Source: Dehalococcoidia bacterium (GTDB taxonomy: Bacteria > Chloroflexota > Dehalococcoidia > Lucifugimonadales > VXLM01). From it: a stretch of DNA of 64,000 nucleotides. Where the stretch lies: positions 62,001 through 126,000 of the forward strand of contig OY759598.1 in NCBI GenBank assembly GCA_963662435.1. The letters are read 5' to 3'. Of the stretch, positions 1-10,178 are shown piece after piece; position 1 is the stretch's first letter, and each line of letters starts with the position of its first letter. The notes beneath the pieces are model-generated. The model saw only the letters and a program-made list of their open reading frames with translations, was not told the DNA's origin and searched no databases. The position numbers were made by a program, and so were the translations under genes.

Positions 1-353
1 TAGGCGTTGGCGTGAAGGTTGTACGACTCCACTACGTCTCTGTCATCCTCGGAACTCGTCAAGATAACGACCGGAATCCGCCTCAGGTCGGGATCGGACT
101 TGATCTCCGCGAGTACTTCCCGGCCATTGATGGTCGGAAGATTCAGATCGAGCAGTATGAGGTCGGGACGTTGGGCATTCCCGTAACTTCCTTCTCGACG
201 GAGAAGCGAAAGTCCCTGTTCGCCGTCCTCGGCGACCGTTAGGTTCTTCCTGATGCTGGCATCGGAGAGGGCCTCGCGCGCGAGTTCGACATCGCCGGGG
301 TTGTCCTCGACGATCAGGATCTCGATTGGGGGTCCGATCTCGGTAGTTGTCAT
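1..353 (-). CDS. Rcp1-like single-domain response regulator (3' end runs off window)
   Basis: Hand translation from ATG at 353: [29 protein letters not shown]...[12 protein letters not shown]...[25 protein letters not shown]...ESYNLHANA. Not in the ORF track because it is truncated. Confidence 0.9.
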   Translation of the reverse strand, partial: MTTTEIGPPIEILIVEDNPGDVELAREALSDASIRKNLTVAEDGEQGLSLLRREGSYGNAQRPDLILLDLNLPTINGREVLAEIKSDPDLRRIPVVILTSSEDDRDVVESYNLHANA

Positions 354-356
354 TAC

Positions 357-2039
357 CTATGGTTCTCCGCTTTCGGCGACGGCAGGAAGGGTGAAATAGA
401 AACTCGACCCCTCCCCTAGCTTGGATTCGGCCCAGATACGCCCTCCATGCCTGTCGATGATCCTCTGGCAGATCGCGAGACCTATGCCGGTGCCCGGTAT
501 CTCGGCATTCCGATGGAGTCGCTTGAAGACTCCGAATATCCTGTCCGCGTACCTTTGATCGAACCCTACCCCGTTGTCGCGAATTGTGAATGTCCAATGT
601 TCGCCGTCACGCTCGGCGGCAAGCTCAACACGGGGTCGTTTCTCCGACCGGAACTTCAGCGCGTTCCCGATGATGTTCTGAAGCAACTGCCGCAGCTGTG
701 AAGGATCTCCCATCACCCTGGGGAGGTCGGAGTAGACGATCTCGGCGTTGCTCTCGCCGATAGCCACTTCGAGGTTTGACAGCGTCTCCTCGAGAAGAGG
801 GACGGTTTCGGTCGGCGTCAACTCTTCGCCACGCGTGCCAACCCTCGAATACGCAAGGAGATCGTGTATGAGCCGCTGCATTCTATTGGCGCCGTCCACT
901 GCGAAGTGGATGTACTTGTCGGCGCGATCGTCGAGCTGGTCGCCATATCGACGCCCCAGGAGCGCGACATAACTTGAGACCATTCGAAGCGGTTCCTGAA
1001 GGTCGTGAGAGGCAACGTAGGCGAACTGCTCCAACTCGCGATTGGAGCGTGACAGCTCTTCGGCCTGTTGCGAGAGTTGGGCATGAAGCTGTGCGTTGGC
1101 AATCGCGCCCGCAATGTATACTCCTATACGTTCCGCCAAGAGGCGGTGTCGCTCCGAGTAGGCGGACTCGGTTAGGGAGTGGAGATTTAGGCACCCAATC
1201 GGTTCACCGCGATACAGAAGGGGGGCCGACAGGAACGACCGAAGCCCCATGCCGTAAGCGCCGACCAGGCCGACGTATCCCTCAGAAGCCTCCGCTTCGT
1301 TCATGGGCTGAAATACAATGCACCGTTGGGTCTTGATAACTGCTTGAGACAGGGTGCCCTCGACCGAGTACGACTGGTCCCTGGCTCGGCCCGGCACCTC
1401 TACCACGCTTGACTGGTAGGAATCCACCATGTGATCGGGTCGGTCCCCGGTCAGGTTGATAACGATTCGATCAAACGGAAGGAGCTGAGCCACCTCACGG
1501 GCGAATCGGTGGTATACCTCATCGATTGCGAGCGATGACCCAATGATGCGGGCGATATTCGAGAGAGTCTCTTGATCACGGGTTCGCCTTCGCTGTTCGG
1601 CGATGCTTGCTCTGAGGGCGTTCTCGGCGCGGCGGCGGTCGGTGATATCGTAGCCGTAAATGTGACCGACGCCGTATTCCTGCATCCCAACAACAACGAA
1701 ATGAAACCATCGGCTCCCGACATCTGCCTCCAGATTGAAGTGGCCATCGTTTGCAATGGTCTGTTCGATGTTCAGGCTGCTCAGGGCTGGAAGGATGCTG
1801 ACTAGGGAAGAACCTTCCATGGCCAAAGGGCCAAAGACCTCGGCAACTGCCGGGTTGATGGTGAGCACGGTGCCGCTGGAGTCAAAACGAAGAACCGGCG
1901 ACGGATTGAAGTATGCGAATGACGGCGCTTCCGGTTCATCTATCTGGCCCATAGCCAGACCGTCGTCCAACTCGGGAAAACGCCCTACCGCATCGTCGGC
2001 TTCCCCAGCAACCGGGTCCCGGCTCATTTCGCCGTACAT
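357..2039 (-). CDS. PAS-GAF sensor histidine kinase (Cph1-like HisKA/HATPase module)
   Basis: H-box FAYVASHDLQEPLR, N-box QNIIGNALKF, DNGVG, GTGIGLAIC; PAS-like and GAF N-terminal regions; GGGGAGGGG RBS. Confidence 0.92.
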   Translation of the reverse strand: MYGEMSRDPVAGEADDAVGRFPELDDGLAMGQIDEPEAPSFAYFNPSPVLRFDSSGTVLTINPAVAEVFGPLAMEGSSLVSILPALSSLNIEQTIANDGHFNLEADVGSRWFHFVVVGMQEYGVGHIYGYDITDRRRAENALRASIAEQRRRTRDQETLSNIARIIGSSLAIDEVYHRFAREVAQLLPFDRIVINLTGDRPDHMVDSYQSSVVEVPGRARDQSYSVEGTLSQAVIKTQRCIVFQPMNEAEASEGYVGLVGAYGMGLRSFLSAPLLYRGEPIGCLNLHSLTESAYSERHRLLAERIGVYIAGAIANAQLHAQLSQQAEELSRSNRELEQFAYVASHDLQEPLRMVSSYVALLGRRYGDQLDDRADKYIHFAVDGANRMQRLIHDLLAYSRVGTRGEELTPTETVPLLEETLSNLEVAIGESNAEIVYSDLPRVMGDPSQLRQLLQNIIGNALKFRSEKRPRVELAAERDGEHWTFTIRDNGVGFDQRYADRIFGVFKRLHRNAEIPGTGIGLAICQRIIDRHGGRIWAESKLGEGSSFYFTLPAVAESGEP

Positions 2040-2087
2040 AGCTTCGATCCCCTCCCCTGACGGCTCCGTTTCGTCAATGGCGTGGCT

Positions 2088-2585
2088 CTAAAACGGCCAC
2101 CACCACTTTTTCTTGGATTCAGGGAGGGGTGGAGGGGGCGGAGGCGCAACGACAGGGCGTCGGGAGGCGGGATTGTCCAGCCAGCTGACTACGTCGTTGA
2201 ACCGGCTGAGCTCGATGGGTTTCCTGCTAAAGCGGCTAACCGGGATATTATACGATTCGAGTAGACTCTCTTCCGCCTCAGTCCCCGTAAGGATCATCAC
2301 CGGTATTGTGCTCAAGCCTTCGTCGGCCGCCATTTCCTTCAGGACTTCCAGTCCGTCCTTCATTGGCAGGTTCAGGTCGAGCAGGATGAGGTCGGGACGC
2401 GCGGCGCGCGAGTATTCCCCCTCTTGGCGAAGATACATCATCGCGGGCTCTCCATCGCCCACGACGACCACATTGGCCTCGTGATTCGACTCCTCGATAA
2501 CCTCTCTGGTAAGCTCGACATCACCGGGGTTATCTTCGACCAGCAGGATGTTGTAGGGACCTCGTTCAGCAGTGTCCGTAGCCAT
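2088..2585 (-). CDS. Rcp1-like response regulator with Pro-rich, basic/aromatic tail
   Basis: [27 protein letters not shown]; ends PPPPPPPLPESKKKWWWPF. Confidence 0.88.
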   Translation of the reverse strand: MATDTAERGPYNILLVEDNPGDVELTREVIEESNHEANVVVVGDGEPAMMYLRQEGEYSRAARPDLILLDLNLPMKDGLEVLKEMAADEGLSTIPVMILTGTEAEESLLESYNIPVSRFSRKPIELSRFNDVVSWLDNPASRRPVVAPPPPPPLPESKKKWWWPF

Positions 2586-2816
2586 GTCTGCCTCCTTGTC
2601 AGGTGCGACTCAGGTATGGTTCACGACGAATGGACTCGTGCACTGCACGTTACAGCGCTACGAAGTACTTGTCAATATCGTAGCTGCAACCACTCATTCC
2701 AAGGGGATCCGCGATTTCTCGCGGAGTTCAGTGTCGATGATGGGCCAACGAGTTACCGGTTTCGTCGCGGGGCGTGCTGAGCGTGAAGGTGAGCGCTGGA
2801 CACCGCAGACGTGCTT

Positions 2817-4280
2817 CTAGATCTCGGGATGAAGCGTGTGCCACTCGTTTGCCTGCTCGTAGGCATGAGCGACGCGGAGGAGCATCTCTTCCTGAAGGTG
2901 TGACGCCATAAACTGAACACCTACCGGCAGACCTTCGCTGAGCCCCGCAGGGACGGAGATAGCCGGGATCCCCGCTATGTTGGCAGGTTGGGTGAACACG
3001 TCGTTGAGGTACATCATGTAAGGATCGGCCGTCTTTTCGCCTATCGGGAAGGCGACCGATGGCGACGTGGGTGACACGAGCACGTCGAACTCTTCGAAGA
3101 CTCGATCGAATTCCTGCCGGATGAGCGTTCGTACTTGCAGTGCCTTCTTGTACCAAGCGTCGTAGTATCCGGCGGAGAGGGCATAGGTACCAATCATAAT
3201 GCGACGCTTGACTTCCGGACCGAAGCCCTCACGCCTGGTGTTTTCCAGGGCGTCCCACATGCTTCCCGGACTCTCCGTCGAGTACCCGTACTTCACCCCG
3301 TCGTACCGTGCGAGGTTCGCCGATGCCTCGGACGGCGCGACGATGTAGTAGACGGCCATCGCGTAGGGAGTGCTGGGCAACGAGGTCTCCGCAACGACTG
3401 CGCCGAGATCGGCAAGTGTGTCAATGGCGCGGCGAACTGCCTCATCCACACCGGGTTCCATACCTTCGACGAAGTACTCTCTCGGCACACCTACTCGAAG
3501 CCCCCTAATATCGCCCGTTAGGCCACTTGTGTAGTCGGGAACATCACTGTCTATGGAGGTGGCGTCCCGCGGGTCGTGCCCCGCAATGGAGTTCAGGACC
3601 AAGGCCGCGTCTCTCACGTCCTTGGTGATAGGGCCAATCTGGTCCAGAGAGCTTGCGAATGCCACCAGCCCGTACCTGCTCACGAGGCCGTAGGTCGGTT
3701 TCAGGCCAACTACGCCGCAGAGCGATGCGGGCTGGCGAATGCTCCCGCCCGTATCAGACCCAAGAGCGTATACGCATTGCGCCGCTGCAACGGCAGCAGC
3801 AGGCCCGCCGCTGCTGCCTCCCGGCACACGATCGAGTCCCCAAGGATTGCGAGTTGGGTGGAAAGCGGAGTTTTCCGTGGACGAACCCATGGCAAACTCA
3901 TCGAGGTTTCCCTTCCCAACAAGGACCGCACCTTCGGCATACAGCCTTGAAGTTACCGTCGCATCGTATGGCGGAATAAAGCCTTCAAGAATCCGAGAAG
4001 AGCAGGTCGTGGCTATGCCCCTCGTCGCCATGTTGTCCTTGAGCTGCATTGGAATGCCGGTCAGTGGTGCTCCGTTTCCGGAGGCGATGCGCTTGTCGGC
4101 CGCGCGCGCCTGTTCGAGGGCGCGTTCAGGGGTGAGTGTGACGAAGGACTTGATTGACGGTTCAATCGCGTTGGTGCGATCAAGGACCGCCTCGGTCAAC
4201 TCAACCGACGACAAGTCCCCACTGTGGAGCAGCTTGTGAACCCCATGTGCCGTCATACCCTTTAGGTCGACGTGCGTCAT
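2817..4280 (-). CDS. gatA: Asp/Glu-tRNA amidotransferase subunit A
   Basis: Amidase signature GGSSGG...GSDTGGSIRQPA, SANLARYDG, GPEVKRRIMIGTYALSAGYYDA. Confidence 0.97.
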   Translation of the reverse strand: MTHVDLKGMTAHGVHKLLHSGDLSSVELTEAVLDRTNAIEPSIKSFVTLTPERALEQARAADKRIASGNGAPLTGIPMQLKDNMATRGIATTCSSRILEGFIPPYDATVTSRLYAEGAVLVGKGNLDEFAMGSSTENSAFHPTRNPWGLDRVPGGSSGGPAAAVAAAQCVYALGSDTGGSIRQPASLCGVVGLKPTYGLVSRYGLVAFASSLDQIGPITKDVRDAALVLNSIAGHDPRDATSIDSDVPDYTSGLTGDIRGLRVGVPREYFVEGMEPGVDEAVRRAIDTLADLGAVVAETSLPSTPYAMAVYYIVAPSEASANLARYDGVKYGYSTESPGSMWDALENTRREGFGPEVKRRIMIGTYALSAGYYDAWYKKALQVRTLIRQEFDRVFEEFDVLVSPTSPSVAFPIGEKTADPYMMYLNDVFTQPANIAGIPAISVPAGLSEGLPVGVQFMASHLQEEMLLRVAHAYEQANEWHTLHPEI

Positions 4281-4283
4281 GGG

Positions 4284-4571
4284 CTAGTCTAAGACCGCGC
4301 GCACACGCACGAAGTCGCCGTCGCGGCGCGGGGCGTTTGCCAGCGCATCTTCCATAGGGACGCTGTCCCGAGGTTCGTCCTCCCGCAAAACGGAGCGGGC
4401 GTCGCCCGAATGCGCGGTCGGTTCCACACCTTCGGTGTCGGACTGCTGCAGTACCCGAAAATGGTCCAAAATACCAGAGAGTTGCTCGCGCATGACCTCG
4501 ATCTCATCGTCGGTCATGCCAACTCGGGCCAGCAGCGCTATATGCCGTACTTCATCGGAAGTGAGTGGCAC
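4284..4571 (-). CDS. gatC: Asp/Glu-tRNA amidotransferase subunit C
   Basis: EVRHIALLAR...LREDE...ALANAP; directly upstream of gatA. Confidence 0.95.
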   Translation of the reverse strand: MPLTSDEVRHIALLARVGMTDDEIEVMREQLSGILDHFRVLQQSDTEGVEPTAHSGDARSVLREDEPRDSVPMEDALANAPRRDGDFVRVRAVLD

Positions 4572-4753
4572 GATTCTACTCCGTATGACGAAACTGGGAA
4601 CGCGGGGAATTCTAGCAGAGGAACAGGGTTCGTGACTAGCAGACAGGAGTCCTCCCCGTTTCGTATGCCGTGTTGACAGTTCCCTTGCGCGTTTATATCC
4701 TCCAATCCCTTGGGACCACTAGGGCAGTCTGAAGACTATTGGAGTTGAAATCA

Positions 4754-5509
4754 ATGAGTGCCAAAGACGAATTCTCCGGCAGAGTTGCGATCGTCACGGG
4801 AGGAGGACAAGGGATGGGCCGCGCTGTCGCCCAGCACTTTGTAAATGGGGGAGCTAGCGTTGTTGTCAACGACAAGAACGCCGACGCCGCCAAGAGGGTC
4901 GCCAATGCGCTCGGCAGTTCCGCGCTCGCTGCTCCCGGCGACGTGACGGTCAAAGCCGACGTGGACAGGGTAGTCGAGGCAGCAGCCGGAGCGTTTGGAG
5001 GCATCGACATTCTGGTCAATAACGCAGGCATCCTCTTTTCCACCACTCTTGCCCATATGGAAGAGGACGAGTGGGACCTCGTAATTGACGTGAACATGAA
5101 GGGCACATATCTGTTCAGCCGGGCAGTGCTTCCCTTCATGAAGAGTTCCGGCTGGGGGCGTATCGTCAACTTCTCGTCCACCGCAGGAAAAGCTGTCAGC
5201 ACACTCGGCGGGCCGCACTACACGGCGGCCAAGGCGGGCATCCTGGGCCTCACCCGTGCCACGGCCAAGGAGGTAGCCCCGTTCGGGATCACCGTCAACG
5301 CCGTCTGTCCGGGACTCGTCAACACGGAGATGGTCCAGGAGAACGTCTCTCAAGATCGACTCACGGCATATCTCGAGAGTTTTCCGATCTCTCGCATCTC
5401 CGAGCCGTCGGAGGTCGCTGAACTGGTCGGATTCCTGTCGTCGGACAGAGCGGCCTACATTACCGGCGCGTCCCTCGACATCAACGGCGGCGACTTGATG
5501 ATATCGTGA
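4754..5509 (+). CDS. SDR family oxidoreductase (FabG-like)
   Basis: TGGGQGMG, NNAG, YTAAK, VNAVCPG, ITGASLDINGG; ATG at 4754 after GGAG. Confidence 0.93.
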   Translation: MSAKDEFSGRVAIVTGGGQGMGRAVAQHFVNGGASVVVNDKNADAAKRVANALGSSALAAPGDVTVKADVDRVVEAAAGAFGGIDILVNNAGILFSTTLAHMEEDEWDLVIDVNMKGTYLFSRAVLPFMKSSGWGRIVNFSSTAGKAVSTLGGPHYTAAKAGILGLTRATAKEVAPFGITVNAVCPGLVNTEMVQENVSQDRLTAYLESFPISRISEPSEVAELVGFLSSDRAAYITGASLDINGGDLMIS

Positions 5510-5695
5510 ATCCATTCAACCACGTTAGAGGTCGTCGCGAGTATACTGCCAGTGCTCTTGAAGCCGTTCCTGCGGTGAAAGGCGAACATAGTAAACTTGA
5601 ACGTCGAGCATGTTAGGCGAATGCCAGATTACCGACTTAGGAACAGTGCTATCACCGAAGACCATTGAACTACCGGAAAGTAAGGGAAGGAACGA

Positions 5696-6670
5696 ATGAA
5701 CTCTGAGGACCGAAGACAAAATCTGGCGGGGATCTCCGTCTCGCTGCCTACATTCAATGACGATGACTACAGCCTTCAACTCAATCAGTCAACGGCACAC
5801 ATCAACTGGCTGATCGAACAGGGCATAGGCGCCGGCAACGCTGTCATATTTATTGCCGGCGGACTCGGAGAGGGCTATTTCCTCGACGACTACGAATGGG
5901 AGGCCATGGCAAACACCCTTGTTGAGGCCGCCGACGGCAGGGCGCCGACGGGCATCGGCATATTTGAGCTAAGCGCCAGGCGAGCTGCGCGCAAGGCGAA
6001 GCACGCTGCCGATCTAGGGATGGACTACATCCAGTGCGCGCCGCCTCGATATATGCAGCCGACCGAGGATGAAATCTTCGGCCACTACGACTACATCGGC
6101 GACCATGCGGATATCGGCATCATGGCGTACAACACTCCGTGGGCGATGCCGGGCGGGTACAACTTCTCCCAGACCCTGATTGAACGCCTTATGGAGATTG
6201 AGAACTTCGCCGGAATCAAGTGGTCGTCCACGAACGTGCAACACTACATGAGCATGATCCGCCTATTCGGGGAGCGACTGAGCTTTATCAGCAATGGAAA
6301 CGTGCTGTCCATCGGCTACCAGCTTGGCGCTCGCGGATTTACGGACTTCATGGTCAACGTTGCCCCACGGCTATCCCTGCACCGATTGCGACTTGTGCAG
6401 GAAAAGCGCTGGGGCGAATTCGACCGCATCGAACTCTCCATGCAAATCGATCCTCCAATCAAGGCCGTCAGACCGGGCGAATTGTCAGGAGCGGGAATGG
6501 GTGAGGGCCCTGACGCAAGGTTGCGCCTGAAGGTGCTGGGTCTGGATACCGGGCCGCACTTCCCGGCACAGGTCGGTTATTCCGAAGATCATATCGAGGC
6601 GTACCGGCGGCAGGTCGACGCGAGCGGAATTCGAGAGTGGGTCGACTGGGACGGTTCGGCGTTCGACTAG
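5696..6670 (+). CDS. Dihydrodipicolinate synthase (DapA/NanA) family aldolase
   Basis: GGLGEG, PPRY, MAYNTP, GIKWS (Schiff-base Lys). Confidence 0.85.
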   Translation: MNSEDRRQNLAGISVSLPTFNDDDYSLQLNQSTAHINWLIEQGIGAGNAVIFIAGGLGEGYFLDDYEWEAMANTLVEAADGRAPTGIGIFELSARRAARKAKHAADLGMDYIQCAPPRYMQPTEDEIFGHYDYIGDHADIGIMAYNTPWAMPGGYNFSQTLIERLMEIENFAGIKWSSTNVQHYMSMIRLFGERLSFISNGNVLSIGYQLGARGFTDFMVNVAPRLSLHRLRLVQEKRWGEFDRIELSMQIDPPIKAVRPGELSGAGMGEGPDARLRLKVLGLDTGPHFPAQVGYSEDHIEAYRRQVDASGIREWVDWDGSAFD

Positions 6671-6688
6671 GACATACATGAGGATGAA

Positions 6689-7813
6689 ATGACCGACATC
6701 TACACCCGCCTCGGCGTCACTCCTGTCATCAACGGGATAGGTAACAAGACCTTTCTCGGCGGCTCGACTCCAAGCGCGCGGGCAAAACAGGCCATTGAGG
6801 AAGCTGATCATTACTACTGCTCCATGCCTGAACTCATGGAGCGCACAGGAGAGCGGGTCGCAGAGCTGCTCGGGGTTGAAGCGGCGTTCATCACGTCAGG
6901 GTGCGCATCTGCCATCCTGCATGCCGCCGCGGGGGTGATGGCGGGGACTGAGAAGGAAGATATCGGAAGACTTCCTGACACAACCGGCATGAAAAGCGAG
7001 TTCATCTTTCAGAGTAAGCAGCGGTATTTCTATGACCGGTGCTACGTCGTTCCGGGCGGCTCACTCGTGGTCGTAGGCGACGAAGAGGGCTGCACCGTTC
7101 AGGAGATGGAAGACGCCATTGGCCCCGACACGGCGGGCATTGGGTACGTCGACAAGTCTCGCGGTACGGAAGACCCGGCGATCGTTTCTATCACCGCGAC
7201 TATGGAGCTTGGACGGAGGCACGATGTCCCCGTTATCGTCGACGCGGCGTACCAGACCTATCCCCTCGACCGGATGCGCTGGATTTCGGGTGAGGCCGAC
7301 CTCGTGTGCTTCGGTGGCAAGTACTTTGGGGCGCCGAGTTCGACCGGCTTTCTGTGCGGACGTGCCGACCTCGTGCACGCGGCGTCTCGGCAGGGCTTCG
7401 TTGCGTCTCAGTCGGGAGACAGGCCCCGCTCGTTTGGCAGGTCGATGAAGGTCGACCGCCAGGAGATCGTCGGAATGGTCGTTGCTCTCGAGGAGTGGCT
7501 GACCATCGACCACGAGGACAGGATTCTGGGACTGCTCGACATGGCGCGGGTGATTCAGCAGGCCGTCGAAGACGTTCCCGGAGTCTCGACCGATGTGCAA
7601 CGAGTGGAAAGTCATGCCGCGGCGGCACTGACGGTGGAACTCAATCCCTCTCTGATTGCTGAGTCGGGCCACGCAGTCGCGGAGGAATTGGCTACGGGAA
7701 GCCCCAGCATACTTGTCGGGCACGACGATTCATCCATACGCATCGCCCTCCACACGCTTCATGAAGGACAGCCTGAGGTCATTGCAGAACGTCTGCGTGC
7801 TGCGCTACGCTAA
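6689..7813 (+). CDS. SelA-like PLP-dependent enzyme (DgaE-like), paralog 1
   Basis: VINGIG..T.LGGS, VIVDAA, DLVCFGGK, GRSMKVDRQEIVG. Confidence 0.85.
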   Translation: MTDIYTRLGVTPVINGIGNKTFLGGSTPSARAKQAIEEADHYYCSMPELMERTGERVAELLGVEAAFITSGCASAILHAAAGVMAGTEKEDIGRLPDTTGMKSEFIFQSKQRYFYDRCYVVPGGSLVVVGDEEGCTVQEMEDAIGPDTAGIGYVDKSRGTEDPAIVSITATMELGRRHDVPVIVDAAYQTYPLDRMRWISGEADLVCFGGKYFGAPSSTGFLCGRADLVHAASRQGFVASQSGDRPRSFGRSMKVDRQEIVGMVVALEEWLTIDHEDRILGLLDMARVIQQAVEDVPGVSTDVQRVESHAAAALTVELNPSLIAESGHAVAEELATGSPSILVGHDDSSIRIALHTLHEGQPEVIAERLRAALR

Positions 7814-7907
7814 CCGGCGATTCGGGAAAACAATAGTCCTCCTGTCACTGAACTGCCGGTTGTCCCACTGGCGTGGCGCGGGGAACCCCTCTTAGGAAAG
7901 GACAGAC

Positions 7908-9020
7908 ATGACGGACATCTATACGCGGTTGGGCGCGCGCCCGGTCATCAATGCAAGCGGGAACACGACGATTTGGGGAGGCTCCACGCCGACCCCTGCG
8001 GTCCAGCGCGCCATGGACGAGGCCAGTGGATACTGGGTCGAAATGGAGGAGCTGCTAGCGCGGTCAGGTGAGCTTATCGCCGAGGCGCTAGGAGTCGAGG
8101 CAGCCTATCCGACCTCCGGGTGTTTCTCAGCCCTCGTCCTGAGCACGGCGGCGACAATGACTGGAAGCGACCCCGAGAAGATGGCAATGTTGCCCGATAC
8201 GGCGGGAATGAAAAATGAGTTTGTCTTCCAGGAGGCCCAGTCCTATGGGTACGACCGGGCCTATTGCGTTCCCGGCGGGAAGCTCATCAAGGTCGGCAAC
8301 GAGAACGGGTGCACCATTGAGGAGATGGAATCCGCTATCGGGCCGTCCACAGCGGCTATCGTTTACCTAGTAGCCAGGACCAACACCGAGTCAATGGTCA
8401 GCTATGACGACGCAGCCATCCTCGCTCACGATCACGGTCTCCCGATCCTGGCGGACTGCGCTGCGCAGATTTACCCTATCAGCTACTTCCTCGAGAACGC
8501 GCAGAAGGCCGACCTTGCCTGCTTCGGAGGCAAGTACATGGGAGCACCGCACTCGACCGGTTTCCTCTGCGGCAAGAGGGACTTGGTTGACGCGGCAGTG
8601 GGTCATGGCTTCATCTCCCCAGGCAAGCCGTTTGGCAGAGCGATGAAGATGGACAGGCAGGAGATCGTGGGCGTCGTAACGGCGGTCAGCGAATGGTTCG
8701 CGATGGACCACGAAGAGCGACTTCTGATCGCGGGAGGCAAACTCGGAATCATTGAAGACGCTGTTGGAGGACTAAGCACGGTCGACTCCACTTCCATTGC
8801 CGCCAGCGACAACTACATGGCCATCTCACTCAACGTAACACTAGACATTAAGACTCTCGGCAAGGACGCGCCGGAGGTATCGAAGGCCTTGGACAGCATG
8901 AATCCCCGAGTTAGGGTCGACGCTATTGGGGACGACTCCCTTGTCCTCGTGGCTCACAATCTCACGGACGGGGAACCGGAGTTAGTTGCGGAGAGCCTTC
9001 GATCGGCCTTGGAAGGGTAA
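7908..9020 (+). CDS. SelA-like PLP-dependent enzyme (DgaE-like), paralog 2
   Basis: Same motifs and same MTDIYTRLG start as paralog 1; DLACFGGK, GRAMKMDRQEIVG. Confidence 0.85.
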   Translation: MTDIYTRLGARPVINASGNTTIWGGSTPTPAVQRAMDEASGYWVEMEELLARSGELIAEALGVEAAYPTSGCFSALVLSTAATMTGSDPEKMAMLPDTAGMKNEFVFQEAQSYGYDRAYCVPGGKLIKVGNENGCTIEEMESAIGPSTAAIVYLVARTNTESMVSYDDAAILAHDHGLPILADCAAQIYPISYFLENAQKADLACFGGKYMGAPHSTGFLCGKRDLVDAAVGHGFISPGKPFGRAMKMDRQEIVGVVTAVSEWFAMDHEERLLIAGGKLGIIEDAVGGLSTVDSTSIAASDNYMAISLNVTLDIKTLGKDAPEVSKALDSMNPRVRVDAIGDDSLVLVAHNLTDGEPELVAESLRSALEG

Positions 9021-9107
9021 TCCCGCTCATTACGTTCGCGCCCTGATCAGGCATGGCGGCAAGTCAAAAGCACACCGCCGCAAAGTCCCTTAAGGAGGTC
9101 TCGTTCC

Positions 9108-10178
9108 TTGTCTGTGCAAGACCGGTTCTCTGTAGGATTCGTTACGTCGGAAAACCCCCACTCGCTCATGCACATGCGGACTCTCGAGGTCTTACGCGAG
9201 GTCCATTCCGTCCACGTCTGCCATTTGGGCGGAAGCGACAGGGACGGCATCAAGCAGGCGTCCTCGAAGATCGACTCTGAAACTGAACGGCTGGATGAAC
9301 TCCTCAAGCGGGATGTGGACGCCCTGCTGGTTTCCGTGCGGAACGATGAGTGCCCGGAAGTGCTGGATGCGGCGGTTGAAGCCGGGAAGTCCGCGCTGTT
9401 CGAAAAGCCCGGGGCGTTGACCGCCGACCGTCTGCGGGGTATTGCCGATGCGGCCCGGAGCAAGAACCTCACGATGGGAACCATGCTCACATCACGGAAC
9501 GACCCAGTTATGCTCGACGTCAAGCGGTCGGTAGAAGGAGGAGCGTTGGGCGACATCATGGCCGTTGAGGCACGCCAGGTTACGTCGCAGGTGAGGTATC
9601 GCGATCCCAGCTTCTGGCTGTTTGACAAGGCGAAGGCCGGCAGTGGCATCCTGTCGTGGCTGGGCTGTCATCAGATCGACGCGCTTTGCTACCTGCTCGG
9701 CGACAGCATCGAGTCAGTGGCGGCGATGGTGGCCACGAAGAACCCATTCCCCATCGACGTGGAGGACACCGCATGTCTCGTGCTCAAGTTTTCCAGCGGG
9801 GCAATCGGAACGCTTCACGCCGGTTACCACCTGGTGGGAAGCGCATCGGGGTACTCCGGCGCGAGATACGACGCGTTCATGGGATTGCGGGGGACGGAAG
9901 GCTATATTCGGATCCCGCTCTCGGAACGTGGTGGCTACAGTCTCAACAGCATCGCCGAAGGATGGGCTTCAGGGGGTGTTCGCGACTACTCCTTCAAGCC
10001 GGCCGACTCTCCGGCTTACGGAGGTGTGGCAGGCGAGGAATTCGTTCGCCAGTTCCTGATTGCATCCGGAACCGGAGCGCCAGCAATCGCCCCGATAGAA
10101 GCTATGGTCCACGTGCTCGAAGTTATCGAGGCGGCCATCGAGTCGTCCGAGACAGGTAGGACTGTTTCGGTCGGCTAG
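9108..10178 (+). CDS. Gfo/Idh/MocA family oxidoreductase
   Basis: EKPG, GSGILSWLGCHQID, VEDTA, GTEG. Confidence 0.85.
   Translation: MSVQDRFSVGFVTSENPHSLMHMRTLEVLREVHSVHVCHLGGSDRDGIKQASSKIDSETERLDELLKRDVDALLVSVRNDECPEVLDAAVEAGKSALFEKPGALTADRLRGIADAARSKNLTMGTMLTSRNDPVMLDVKRSVEGGALGDIMAVEARQVTSQVRYRDPSFWLFDKAKAGSGILSWLGCHQIDALCYLLGDSIESVAAMVATKNPFPIDVEDTACLVLKFSSGAIGTLHAGYHLVGSASGYSGARYDAFMGLRGTEGYIRIPLSERGGYSLNSIAEGWASGGVRDYSFKPADSPAYGGVAGEEFVRQFLIASGTGAPAIAPIEAMVHVLEVIEAAIESSETGRTVSVG

Noticed and set aside
357..2039. Bacteriophytochrome
   Set aside because: The kinase module is Cph1-like, but no PHY domain or DIP/PASDIP chromophore motif is visible.
2817..4571. gatB missing from the gatCA operon
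   Set aside because: Split gatCA / gatB arrangements are common and not notable.
6689..9020. selA (selenocysteine synthase)
   Set aside because: Shorter than SelA, duplicated, in a catabolic context, with no selB or selD; DgaE-like is more plausible.
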